Part shown: positions 30,601 through 38,949 of the stretch, piece by piece | Layout of the letters: each line of letters starts with the position of its first letter | How positions within the stretch are numbered: the first letter of the stretch is position 1 | Assembly: GCA_945860985.1 (NCBI GenBank) | Contig: CAMASM010000001.1 | Span: forward strand, 30,688 to 94,687 | Direction: 5' to 3' | Origin: Candidatus Finniella inopinata | GTDB taxonomy: Bacteria > Pseudomonadota > Alphaproteobacteria > Paracaedibacterales > CAITNM01 | DNA: 64,000 bases | Program-made: the position numbers and the translations under genes | Notes under the pieces: model-generated | Told to the model about the DNA's origin: nothing | Seen by the model: the letters and a program-made list of their open reading frames with translations, nothing else | The model's database searches: none

Positions 30601-30811
30601 ATCTACTGACTTTAAGCTCAACCGCCTTTAGTTGAGTTATAAGTTTACCTATCTCGTCTGTATCCTCGTCTACCTTCTCGGCAGAAATTTCTTCTGTAGA
30701 ATCGTAAATACGCTTTGTACTTGGTTGATAATCTGCTACACGAGCAGCGCGTGCAGCAGCATCTAAGGTGTTTATAGTTGCTAATAGCGCAAATATAAAT
30801 ATGAATTGCAT
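27668..30811 (-). CDS. secreted multidomain subtilase-like (peptidase S8) protein with poly-Gly linker and polyproline C-terminal tail
   Basis: 1047 aa. Signal peptide MQFIFIFALLATINTLDAAARA. N-terminal coiled-coil/Ala-rich region. S8 motifs GKGVTVLAIEEGL (Asp-box position reads Glu), YHGAHV, ALSAGNN and GTSMAAPAVTG. GGSG14 tract. About 220 aa of unknown domain. Pro/Ala/Gly-rich tail. Confidence 0.8.
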   Translation of the reverse strand: MQFIFIFALLATINTLDAAARAARVADYQPSTKRIYDSTEEISAEKVDEDTDEIGKLITQLKAVELKVSRLEKSQVQTQNNNTAVIAELRRTQVGVINEVKEEVGGICEEILERCNMATLTPAAAAAKVVAAAAAAATGEVATGQNEGDFLKKIDRDYGQDLFRLKPWVLTKLRPLLVALIRLRIENLRHLSIGSPEGLGQRSARLDSVKAKIETLDEQSVQALQAMADSLTISSPLFTGAFSIHKNIGLTGKGVTVLAIEEGLTSGHSALEGLVKIFGTPTKETKAIYHGAHVLYLIMQEAPYFSLPSVTPYLSVTPYPQNVTDDPQKLTDRQKEELNNALSSIDIINASFASDGNNGQFVEIEYMLKNTKEKGNNHYIIALSAGNNSYNCDEPFNPTEKYLRDISAKPEWQHLLLVGSLDQDACPAVYSNRPGSHIPFQENFVYTLGTNVYSMSINDGYEYNAGTSMAAPAVTGALALLIEFIRTNHPEYPITPGFLKECVLQSADRDFYITKKDFVKRFNLCIHVSEAPTDPAIQFHALDNGKTLVLVEEAFDSSVFGMGILNIEHAIIYANARIKQQDAVIKERLEANRSKIQKDYREFWQTYPEDDSLIQQKLLNFSGTIRGSRFTPPLSHNTLITSSRIGGSGGGGGGGGGGGGGGAAADGSAEIRNEFWGKILEKSCQMAKKMAGKNGKDREKEFKLGESPETPFAWMAHNKFKSLAHDFFRWVDAKDNHSQLKDKIVESSESKQKESVVKWKLAAYQNEVLISQQEVLRDILLMLFPVADQSQIAQWIESFWQTLKIEERFAIYNLPNPHSKLKLEGYLIQQVLFSNNGHLIQSFMNDLQQNAYNESYNPLFSIFFEIAGKGSTKVPLLQLKESCLSRELILIVNDKVHSARAASSNAVAIPAPAARVHGAPPTPPPPPARAGVEGPPPPPLPARAGVGVPPPPPLPKGAVAVAAPAPAPAPLQAIPGGAVAIPGGAPPPPPPPARAAAPVLLDQQPHLRPQKKTAAPPPGTTTPATGPSAAAPVAALVAAIPPASSSG

Positions 30812-30891
30812 ATATTTCTTTTAATATTGTCTTATTAAAGAATTATAAAAAGAAAAAGGTAAAAAATTAGTTAATCACGCGTAGCTGATTG

Positions 30892-31860
30892 TTATGGCAA
30901 CATGCGCTGACAAAGTTTCTTTACCGCATTTGCTAAACATTTAATGTAGAGGGGATTGTTTGCTAACGCAGGAACCCTTCCATAAAAAGGTATTCCAAGC
31001 TCCTTAGCTTTAATGGCATAATGAATATCGAGCTCAACCAAGGTTTCTGAGTGTTCTGAAACAAAGCTAATCGGAACTACCACAACAGGCCTTAGCTCTT
31101 TTGCTGCTTTTTGCAACTCAACATCTATAGTTGGCTCCAACCATTTAAGTGAACCTACTTTGCTTTGGTAACACACCACGTACTCAACATCAAAAATCTT
31201 CATTACAGAACTCACAGTGGACTCTATTTGATTTTGGTACAGATCTCCACCATCAATAACTTTTTGGGGCAAGCTGTGGGCTGAAAACAAGATTTTTGGG
31301 GTTCCATAGGAATGGGCCTCACTTAAAATTGGAGATATCAATTCTTGATGTGACTTTATAAAATCTGGATCATCATAATGACTTTTTAAAATAACCGTTT
31401 TAGATTTCCATTTAACCGCGACCTCATTCCACTCATCGATGGTTGATTGTGTTGTCGTCTTTGAAAACTGTGGATATAAAGGGATTAAAACAACTTTATC
31501 TGGATTAAATGTTTCTAAAGTATTAATAACTTCTGCAGCTCTAGGATTCCAATAACGCATCATTGGCAAGACAATTGCTTGATAATCAACATTGAGTAAT
31601 TCTTCCAAACACTTTGCTTGTATTGTGGTGTTTTTTAAAATTGGAGACATGCCGCCCATTTTACTATAAATTCTCTTAGCCTTGGGGGCTCTTAGCAAAG
31701 AAATCCAATGCGCTAACAAAAATCTCCAAGGGTTGGGGAGATCAATAATTGCCCGATCATAAAAAAGATTAAATAAAAATGGACGGACAGAAGCAAGGGA
31801 ATCTGGTCCACCTAATTTTGCTAATATTACAGCGACTTTCGTTTTTGAATCACCCAGCAT
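30892..31860 (-). CDS. hemH: ferrochelatase
   Basis: 322 aa. Motifs VILAKLGGPDS, FSAHSLP and VSEHSETL. Confidence 0.9.
   Translation of the reverse strand: MLGDSKTKVAVILAKLGGPDSLASVRPFLFNLFYDRAIIDLPNPWRFLLAHWISLLRAPKAKRIYSKMGGMSPILKNTTIQAKCLEELLNVDYQAIVLPMMRYWNPRAAEVINTLETFNPDKVVLIPLYPQFSKTTTQSTIDEWNEVAVKWKSKTVILKSHYDDPDFIKSHQELISPILSEAHSYGTPKILFSAHSLPQKVIDGGDLYQNQIESTVSSVMKIFDVEYVVCYQSKVGSLKWLEPTIDVELQKAAKELRPVVVVPISFVSEHSETLVELDIHYAIKAKELGIPFYGRVPALANNPLYIKCLANAVKKLCQRMLP
30906..30945 (-). repeat. right arm of the 40-bp direct repeat (functional hemH 3' end)
   Basis: See 27525-27564. Lies inside the hemH coding sequence. Confidence 0.8.
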
Positions 31861-32839
31861 CTCTTACCAACCGCACAAACTCTTCAACATGGCCTATAGG
31901 TGTGTCTGGTAAAATGCCATGTCCTAGATTAACAATAAATGGTTTATCTTTAGAAAATTCCAAAATATTAAACACATCCTCTTTAAAGTTACCATTTAGT
32001 AGTTTTTTAGAATCTAAGTTACCCTGTAAACAAGAATTAGTATGGGGAAGGTCAAGTAAATTAACATCTTCACTAATGCCAAAGGCTACATTTAACTGAT
32101 CAAGAGCAACCATAGCATCACCAGCAATTCCACGCCCATAATAAATAATTTTTGCATCAGGTATTGCATTACGAATACTTTGAATAATTTTTGTAGCAGG
32201 ATCAAATAACCACTTTTTTCTGTAATTAGCTGGTACAGCAGCAGCCCATGATTCAAATAATTGAATAGCGTTAGCCCCTGACCTTAATTGTGCAATAGCA
32301 TGATCCGATATTACCTCAACCAATTTATTGATTAATTTTTCAAACATTGGCCAATTTTGCACAAAGCTAATCAATTTAGGAAAATCATTTGTTTTACCAG
32401 AGTTAATCATGTAAGAAGCTAAGGTCCAAGGACACCCAACAAAACCTAGTAAAGCTTTTTCTTTAGATAGCTCATTTCTTACTAATTGAATTGTTTTATA
32501 AATGATTTCTATTTCTGATTCGATATTTCCATTAATAATTTGATCCCAATTTGGCTTATCAAGCATAGGGCCAACACCTTCTTTAAAGCTAACATTTTGG
32601 CCTAAAAAGTGTGGTATTATTAAAATATCACTAAAAATAATTGCTGCATCAAAATCAAAGCGTTTAATTGGTTGTAATGTTGCCTCTAAAACCATTTCTT
32701 GGTTCAAACAAAAATCCATAAAATTTTTAGATTTTTTACGAAGTTCTCTGTATTCAGGCAAACATCTACCTGCTTGGCGCATTATCCAAATAGGCTTAAT
32801 GTTTTCAACAGAACCATTTAGTGTTCTAATTATTTTCAT
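31850..32839 (-). CDS. hemE: uroporphyrinogen decarboxylase
   Basis: 329 aa. N-terminal PIWIMRQAGRCLPEYR signature. 11-nt overlap with hemH. Confidence 0.92.
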   Translation of the reverse strand: MKIIRTLNGSVENIKPIWIMRQAGRCLPEYRELRKKSKNFMDFCLNQEMVLEATLQPIKRFDFDAAIIFSDILIIPHFLGQNVSFKEGVGPMLDKPNWDQIINGNIESEIEIIYKTIQLVRNELSKEKALLGFVGCPWTLASYMINSGKTNDFPKLISFVQNWPMFEKLINKLVEVISDHAIAQLRSGANAIQLFESWAAAVPANYRKKWLFDPATKIIQSIRNAIPDAKIIYYGRGIAGDAMVALDQLNVAFGISEDVNLLDLPHTNSCLQGNLDSKKLLNGNFKEDVFNILEFSKDKPFIVNLGHGILPDTPIGHVEEFVRLVRDAG

Positions 32840-33197
32840 AATAAATAAATTATATATTTAAAGGTTTTTTTTAAGGTAGTAGGTCTTGTGCAAAACCACA
32901 ATCGCAAGATTGTCCACAACTTATTCACAAGAATCATTTTTGTATTGGTTGTAGAAGTGTGACTGTTAAACGATTACTAAAATTTTTTTAATTCTGTTAA
33001 TAATTTATGGAACTCTGTTAGCAATTTGTTAATAAATTTTTTATTTTTGTTAATAACTAGTTGTTTATGCACAAAGAGTATTTATCAATATTTTTCACAC
33101 AAGTTTAATTATTGTTTTTCCACAAATTTATCCACAAAAAATACATTGGCTTTATATCATAAAAAGAGAAAAAAAATATAGGAATCACTAATTTTCT
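32840..33197. other. putative chromosomal replication origin (oriC)
   Basis: 358-bp non-coding region next to hemE. Five co-oriented DnaA-box-like 9-mers: TTGTCCACA 32910-32918, TTATTCACA 32921-32929, TTATGCACA 33065-33073, TTTTCCACA 33116-33124 and a perfect TTATCCACA 33128-33136. Flanking A/T-only stretches. Confidence 0.65.
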
Positions 33198-34394
33198 GTG
33201 CTATTAAAAACCATGACGTTACGTATGGCACAAAAGGTTATGTTTAAAGAATCTTGGCCTATTATTTATATAATTTTAGCAATCTTGACCCCTCTTTTAC
33301 ACGCAGAAGTGGAGGTTAGGAGGATTACCCCCCCTAAGTTAAGTGCGAATTTTTTAGGTCAGAAAGTTCTTTGTCATCGCCCGATGCGGCGTGGTTCTCC
33401 TAACATGAGCGTTGAACAACGATATGGCAAAGTTATTGTAAGTAACTATGGACATGGTGATAGTTGCTGGGCTTTGGCTCCGGGATGTGCTGATTATTCT
33501 AATAACTTACTTATCAACTCTAGGTACAGTAAGGACTTAAAGAAAGACACACCTATTACTATTATTGGTGCAGGTGCAATCGGTTTATTTGTAGCGTATG
33601 ACTTACTTATTAAGGGATATAGTAATATTACAATAGTTGCTGAAGTATTTGATGCTCTAACTTCACATATCTCCGGAGGATTGGTTGCTCCAGTTTCTAT
33701 AGATAATGACGCTAAAGTGCAAAGTACTATATATAAAATTGGCTTCAAAGCCTACAATTTTTATAAATCTATTGCAGAGAAAAAACACTCTCACATTATA
33801 GAGGGTGCGGTTGTTTTACCAACTTATTTTGAAAATAGAGATGATTCTGGCTTAGAAACATATGTTGGTGTTGTTATGGAACAAGCGAAGGATGTTATCC
33901 TGGATTTTTGCAATGGTACAACTAGAAAAATGATTGTTTATGATGATGGAATCTTTGTTGATACGTGTAAGCTGATGACAGCTATTACAGATTATCTGAA
34001 AAAAAATAAGGTCAAGTTTGTTAAGAAGAAAATCAGTTCATTTTCGCAAGTACGAGATAAATTTATTATTAATTGTGCTGGCCTTGGGGCTAAAGAGCTC
34101 AGCTCAGACAATAAAATAGTACCTGTTCAAGGGCACTTGATTATGTTGAAAAATCAAAATCCAGCAAATTTGCAATACATGATATCGGTTTATCTAAATG
34201 AAGGTACGACCAAATCAGGGCAAAAGGTTAGGCGATCATTTTGTATTTTTCCAAAATATTTACCGAATTCAGGCGCTAATGATTTTGGAATGATTGGCAC
34301 AACATTTATCGAGGGAGCCACAAATCTTACACCAAACAAAGAGGAATTTGACATTGTGCACAAAAATGCTAAGGAATTTTTTGGTATTAAGTGA
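33198..34394 (+). CDS. D-amino-acid-oxidase-like FAD-dependent oxidoreductase with signal peptide; apparent circular permutation
   Basis: 398 aa. Hydrophobic N-terminus WPIIYIILAILTPLLHA. The HRPMRRG...VIVSNYGHGDSCWALAPGCA segment is normally DAAO C-terminal, but here it precedes the Rossmann motif ITIIGAGAIGLF. Also VKFVKKKISSF...IINCAGLGA. Confidence 0.75.
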   Translation: MLLKTMTLRMAQKVMFKESWPIIYIILAILTPLLHAEVEVRRITPPKLSANFLGQKVLCHRPMRRGSPNMSVEQRYGKVIVSNYGHGDSCWALAPGCADYSNNLLINSRYSKDLKKDTPITIIGAGAIGLFVAYDLLIKGYSNITIVAEVFDALTSHISGGLVAPVSIDNDAKVQSTIYKIGFKAYNFYKSIAEKKHSHIIEGAVVLPTYFENRDDSGLETYVGVVMEQAKDVILDFCNGTTRKMIVYDDGIFVDTCKLMTAITDYLKKNKVKFVKKKISSFSQVRDKFIINCAGLGAKELSSDNKIVPVQGHLIMLKNQNPANLQYMISVYLNEGTTKSGQKVRRSFCIFPKYLPNSGANDFGMIGTTFIEGATNLTPNKEEFDIVHKNAKEFFGIK

Positions 34395-34525
34395 TTTAAA
34401 AGCCGTTTTGCCCCCCCATAGTATTTTTGTATTTTGTATGATTGTTCTAAATTGGGTAATGTTATCCTTTCACAAGCAATTTTATTTTTGCTACAATGAC
34501 AAAAAAGGTATAAGGCTTAAGAATT

Positions 34526-35008
34526 ATGTCCTCAAGCGCAAACAAACAAGACATGAGTATGGATGACATTTTAGCATCCATTCGTAGCTATGTTTCTGAA
34601 GGGCAGAATCTTCCAAAAAGTGAAGCTACACAGTCACAATTATTTTCAAATAATAACAATGTTATTAAATTGACAGATGAGATTATTCCAATTGAAACAA
34701 TTAGCTTACAGCCAGCTAATGTTCTATTTAATTCTACTACATCTACACAAGTTAGTGGGCAAATGAACAATCCAATGTATCCTGATCCGAAGGTTGCTCC
34801 CAGTCCACTGGATTCATTTCAGGGCAGTCCATTTGATAAGTTAAAAAGTGAAATTAGCTCATCTACTGATTCTGGACCAAATATATCAACAGATGATTTA
34901 TTAAACCAATTGGCTAGTCCCTTGATTAAAAGTTGGCTTGATAAAAACCTTCGAAAGATTGTTGAAGATGCTGTGCAAAAAGAAATAGATCGCATGCGTC
35001 GTAGTTAA
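34526..35008 (+). CDS. popZ: PopZ-like pole-organizing protein (DUF2497)
   Basis: 160 aa. N-terminal MSMDDILASIRSYVSE, a low-complexity middle, and C-terminal LASPLIKSWLDKNLRKIVEDAVQKEIDRM. This matches the Caulobacter PopZ termini as I recall them. Confidence 0.75.
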   Translation: MSSSANKQDMSMDDILASIRSYVSEGQNLPKSEATQSQLFSNNNNVIKLTDEIIPIETISLQPANVLFNSTTSTQVSGQMNNPMYPDPKVAPSPLDSFQGSPFDKLKSEISSSTDSGPNISTDDLLNQLASPLIKSWLDKNLRKIVEDAVQKEIDRMRRS

Positions 35009-35053
35009 TGTATCTTGTGTAATTCTTTAGGTGTTTGCTATTCTTTCTGTATG

Positions 35054-35130
35054 CGGAACGTGGCGCAGCCTGGTAGCGCACTATTCTGGGGGGATAGGGG
35101 TCGTGGGTTCGAATCCCGCCGTTCCGACCA
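35054..35130 (+). tRNA. tRNA-Pro(GGG)
   Basis: Manually folded. Acceptor CGGAACG/CGTTCCG. D-arm GCGC-AGCCTGGTA-GCGC. Anticodon stem CTATT/GATAG with loop CTGGGGG (anticodon GGG). T-arm GTGGG-TTCGAAT-CCCGC. Encoded CCA. Confidence 0.9.
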
Positions 35131-35133
35131 ATT

Positions 35134-38100
35134 TTGGAGAAATTAATGTTTAGCCCTAAGTTTTTGAACTCTATTTTGCTTAAAAAGTGGCAACTTATAG
35201 AGTTCAATTACCGTATTGATGAGACCGAAGCTGTTGATTATTTACTAAAACAATACGGTAATATTAATGAATATCACGAGGTATCATCAGTAAATGCTTT
35301 GGAAATTATTCAAACATTACGGAAAAATAAACCTAGCCCATTGCGTATTGAAAGTCTTCTACAAACATACCGTTTGAGTACTCAAGAGGGGTTGGCTTTA
35401 ATGTGTATGGCAGAGGCTTTGTTACGCATTCCTGATAATACCACTAAGAGTCATTTGATTCGTGACAAGCTTGGTTTTGCAAATTGGAACAATACAGGCG
35501 AGTCTACTTGGGTTGAAAAGCTGGCTAATTTTAGTTTAACCCAAGCTAGTAAATTTTTATCCTTGGGCACGTCCGGTTCAATGTTCAGCCACATCCCTGG
35601 TTTGATTAGGCGTTTTGGTGAGCCATTGATTCGCCAAATAATGGCTAAAATTATTCGAACGATGGGTCATCAATTTGTTGTTGGTGAAACTATTGAAAAG
35701 GCTGTTAACAAAAAAGGTGACGAATTATATTCATTCGATATGCTTGGGGAGGGTGCTAAAACCCGTGAAGATGCGGAACGCTATCTCAGCGCCTATTTAA
35801 ACGCAATTGAGGCTTTAAAGGGCCAAAATGGTTATATAGAAACTAAATCAAGTATTTCTGTAAAACTATCTGCCTTGCACCCCCGTTACGAAGTACTAAA
35901 GCGAGACTCTGTTAAAACAGAACTTACTGAAATTTTGCTAAAACTTTGTAGAGCGGCGAAGGAAGCTGAGATCTTGTTAACAGTTGATGCCGAAGAAGCC
36001 GAACGTTTAGCCTTATCTTTAGAAATAATTCATGACGTATTTACGCACGAATCTTTAAAAGGTTGGGGTGGTTTTGGTTTGGCTGTGCAAGCTTACCAAA
36101 AGCGTGCTCCATACGTGGTTGATTGGCTTTGCTCATTGGCGCAATCTGCTCAAGAAAAAATGCACATACGTTTGGTTAAAGGAGCTTATTGGGATAGTGA
36201 AATTAAATGGGCTCAAGAACGTGGTTTAAGTAACTACGCAAACTTTACTCAAAAACCTCATACAGATTTAGCATACTTAGTTTGTGCACAAAAAATTTTA
36301 AAGGCTTCTCCACTAATTTACGGTCAATTTGCTACCCATAACGCCTATACAGCGTCGTTTATTTTAGAGATGGCATCTAAGCTTGAAGTTACTGAATTTG
36401 AATTACAAAGACTTTATGGCATGGGTGAAGAGCTTTATAGCAATCTCAAAGTAAGACAGCGTATTTACGGCCCTGTCGGGGTATATAAAGATCTTTTAGC
36501 GTATTTGGTACGTAGATTACTTGAAAATGGTGCCAATAGCAGTTTTGTACATCAAATTTATGATCTACACTTGCCGTGTGAAATGCTTTGTCAAAACGTT
36601 GCAGATCAATGTCAGCACACTGCAAATAAACCGCACCCTTCCATTAAGCTACCTGAAGAAATTTATATTGATTACCGAAAAAATTCAAAGGGTGATGATC
36701 TTTCTAGTTACAGATATTTAGCTAGTACACAGAAAGCATTCCATGATTACTCTTTGAAAGAAGCTCCTGAGTTATTAGAGGAAACCCAACTAAAAAAACT
36801 TCTGGAAATTGCTGATAAATCTCAACCTAGCTGGGATCGTTTGGGTTCAGAAAAGAGAGCTCAAATTTTAGAAAAGCTGGGAGACCTTTTAGAGGAAAAT
36901 CGCCAGGAATTAATGCAAATTTTGTGCGTAGAAGCAAAAAAAACTTTAGGAGATTGTGTCGCTGAAGTACGTGAAGCAATAGATTTTTGTTATTACTACG
37001 CAAATCAAGCTCGTCTACTTTTGAATGATCCAGTTCAATTGCCTAGTCCGACTGGTGAGTTAAATAGTTTATCGTATCATGCTCGTGGAGTGTTTGTGTG
37101 TATTGCTCCTTGGAATTTTCCTTTGGCAATATTTTTAGGACAAGCATTGGCAGCATTGGTAACTGGTAACACTGTGTTGGTAAAACCTGCCCACCAAACT
37201 CCGAGGATTGGGTTGTTTGCTGTGGAGCTGGCTCATAAAGCTGGTGTACCTAAGGACGTTTTTCAATTTATTCATGCTAAAGGTAGTACTATTTCTGACT
37301 GCCTTTTAAATGATCATAGGGTTAATGGGGTTGTATTTACTGGCTCAACTAAAACAGCACTGCAAATTAATCGTAATTTAGCAAATCGAAATGGGCCAAT
37401 AGTTCCATTGATTGCTGAGACAGGCGGCATGAATGCAATGATTGTTGATTCATCTGCTTTGCATGAGCAAGTCGTTAGCGATGTTATTAGTTCAGCATAT
37501 CAAAGTGCAGGACAACGTTGTTCAGCATTGAGATTTTTATTCGTACAAGAAGATGTGGCTGATAATTTGTTGCACATGCTTAGCAATGCGATGGGTGAGC
37601 TAGAAATTAATGATCCACGTCACTTAAGTACGGATGTTGGTCCAGTAATTGATAATGATGCTAAGCAAGTTCTAGAAGAGCACATAAATTATTTAAGAGA
37701 CCTTGAAAGTAAAGGGCAGGCTAAAAGTATTTATGCTTGCAAAGAGCCTTTATTGGAAGAATTTTTTGGGCCACAACTTTGGGAAATTAATAGCATTGAT
37801 CTATTGAATGAAGAAGTATTTGGGCCAATTGTGCACGTAATTCGATTTAAATCAGATGATTTAGAAAAAGTTTTTCAGCAAATTAATGCTACCAATTATG
37901 GTTTAACCATGGGAATTCATAGCAGATTGGAATCAACTATCGCTATGGCTTGTCGTCTGGCTAAAGTCGGGAATTTGTATATAAATCGTAATATGATTGG
38001 TGCAGTAGTGGGTGTGCAACCATTTGGTGGTGAGGGGCTTTCTGGAACTGGACCAAAGGCTGGGGGGCCAAATTATCTATTACGTTTTGTGCATGAGAGA

Positions 38101-38160
38101 ACGTTTACGCATAACATTACGGCTTGTGGTGGGAACGCAACTTTGTTGAATAGTATTTAG
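35134..38160 (+). CDS. putA: bifunctional proline dehydrogenase / 1-pyrroline-5-carboxylate dehydrogenase
   Basis: 1008 aa. A PRODH barrel region ([17 protein letters not shown]) is followed by an aldehyde dehydrogenase domain ([15 protein letters not shown]). TTG at 35134 or ATG at 35146. Confidence 0.92.
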   Translation: MEKLMFSPKFLNSILLKKWQLIEFNYRIDETEAVDYLLKQYGNINEYHEVSSVNALEIIQTLRKNKPSPLRIESLLQTYRLSTQEGLALMCMAEALLRIPDNTTKSHLIRDKLGFANWNNTGESTWVEKLANFSLTQASKFLSLGTSGSMFSHIPGLIRRFGEPLIRQIMAKIIRTMGHQFVVGETIEKAVNKKGDELYSFDMLGEGAKTREDAERYLSAYLNAIEALKGQNGYIETKSSISVKLSALHPRYEVLKRDSVKTELTEILLKLCRAAKEAEILLTVDAEEAERLALSLEIIHDVFTHESLKGWGGFGLAVQAYQKRAPYVVDWLCSLAQSAQEKMHIRLVKGAYWDSEIKWAQERGLSNYANFTQKPHTDLAYLVCAQKILKASPLIYGQFATHNAYTASFILEMASKLEVTEFELQRLYGMGEELYSNLKVRQRIYGPVGVYKDLLAYLVRRLLENGANSSFVHQIYDLHLPCEMLCQNVADQCQHTANKPHPSIKLPEEIYIDYRKNSKGDDLSSYRYLASTQKAFHDYSLKEAPELLEETQLKKLLEIADKSQPSWDRLGSEKRAQILEKLGDLLEENRQELMQILCVEAKKTLGDCVAEVREAIDFCYYYANQARLLLNDPVQLPSPTGELNSLSYHARGVFVCIAPWNFPLAIFLGQALAALVTGNTVLVKPAHQTPRIGLFAVELAHKAGVPKDVFQFIHAKGSTISDCLLNDHRVNGVVFTGSTKTALQINRNLANRNGPIVPLIAETGGMNAMIVDSSALHEQVVSDVISSAYQSAGQRCSALRFLFVQEDVADNLLHMLSNAMGELEINDPRHLSTDVGPVIDNDAKQVLEEHINYLRDLESKGQAKSIYACKEPLLEEFFGPQLWEINSIDLLNEEVFGPIVHVIRFKSDDLEKVFQQINATNYGLTMGIHSRLESTIAMACRLAKVGNLYINRNMIGAVVGVQPFGGEGLSGTGPKAGGPNYLLRFVHERTFTHNITACGGNATLLNSI

Positions 38161-38226
38161 ATACGTAGGTTTGTTTGTGATTAATAAATCATTAATATTT
38201 TCAAAAAAACAATTCAGGAATTTCTT

Positions 38227-38949
38227 ATGGAACTGTTAGCTCGCATTCGATCTTGGTGTTTTGATCTATTTTTTTATATTTTCACCCTCTTATTATTTAT
38301 AATTTTATGGGTTCCGGTGATTGTATTACCAAGATGGTTTTGCGCGTTGTGGTATAAAAGTTGGACTCACATTATCATGTACGCCCTAAAAATAATAGTT
38401 GGGCTTGATTACCAAGTGCTTGGCAAAGATAAACTAGACGCAGTTTTAAAAAATGGCCCAGTAATTTTGGCATGCAAGCACCAATCCGCTTGGGAAACTC
38501 TTATTTTTTCAACTTTGGTTGATAAATTTGTAATTGTTTTAAAAAAACAATTAGTGCAAATTCCAGGTTATGGTAGCTATTTAATTAAACTTAATAGTAT
38601 TGTCATTGATCGTTCTAATGGGATTAAATCGTTAAAATCCTTACTGAATCAAGGTCATGAAGCGATCTCTAATGGCATGTCTATTCTTATTTTTCCTGAG
38701 GGAAGACGTGGTAACTACGGGGATCCTACAAATTTACAGTCAGGTATTAGTGTAATTTATAAAGAACTCAATGTTACTGTTCTGCCAATTGCTGTAAATT
38801 CTGGTAAATTTTGGGCACGTCGTTCTAAATTTAAACGTTCAGGATGCATTACCCTAGAATTTCTTGAACCTATCCCAGCTGGATTGCCTAAAAATGAGTT
38901 CTTGCCTTTGTTGCAAGAGCGCCTAGATACCGCTTGTTCAAGACTTTAG
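38227..38949 (+). CDS. plsC: 1-acyl-sn-glycerol-3-phosphate acyltransferase
   Basis: 240 aa. N-terminal TM. Acyltransferase motifs CKHQSAWET and IFPEGRR. Confidence 0.85.
   Translation: MELLARIRSWCFDLFFYIFTLLLFIILWVPVIVLPRWFCALWYKSWTHIIMYALKIIVGLDYQVLGKDKLDAVLKNGPVILACKHQSAWETLIFSTLVDKFVIVLKKQLVQIPGYGSYLIKLNSIVIDRSNGIKSLKSLLNQGHEAISNGMSILIFPEGRRGNYGDPTNLQSGISVIYKELNVTVLPIAVNSGKFWARRSKFKRSGCITLEFLEPIPAGLPKNEFLPLLQERLDTACSRL

Noticed and set aside
32840-33197. CtrA binding sites (TTAA-N7-TTAA) in the putative origin
   Set aside because: I found only imperfect versions (TTAA-N7-CTAA at 32966-32980, TTAA-N7-TTTA at 33029-33043). In sequence this AT-rich, near-misses are expected by chance.
34926-35207. 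93-aa minus-strand ORF spanning tRNA-Pro
   Set aside because: It overlaps a well-folded tRNA gene and the popZ and putA ends, so it is spurious.
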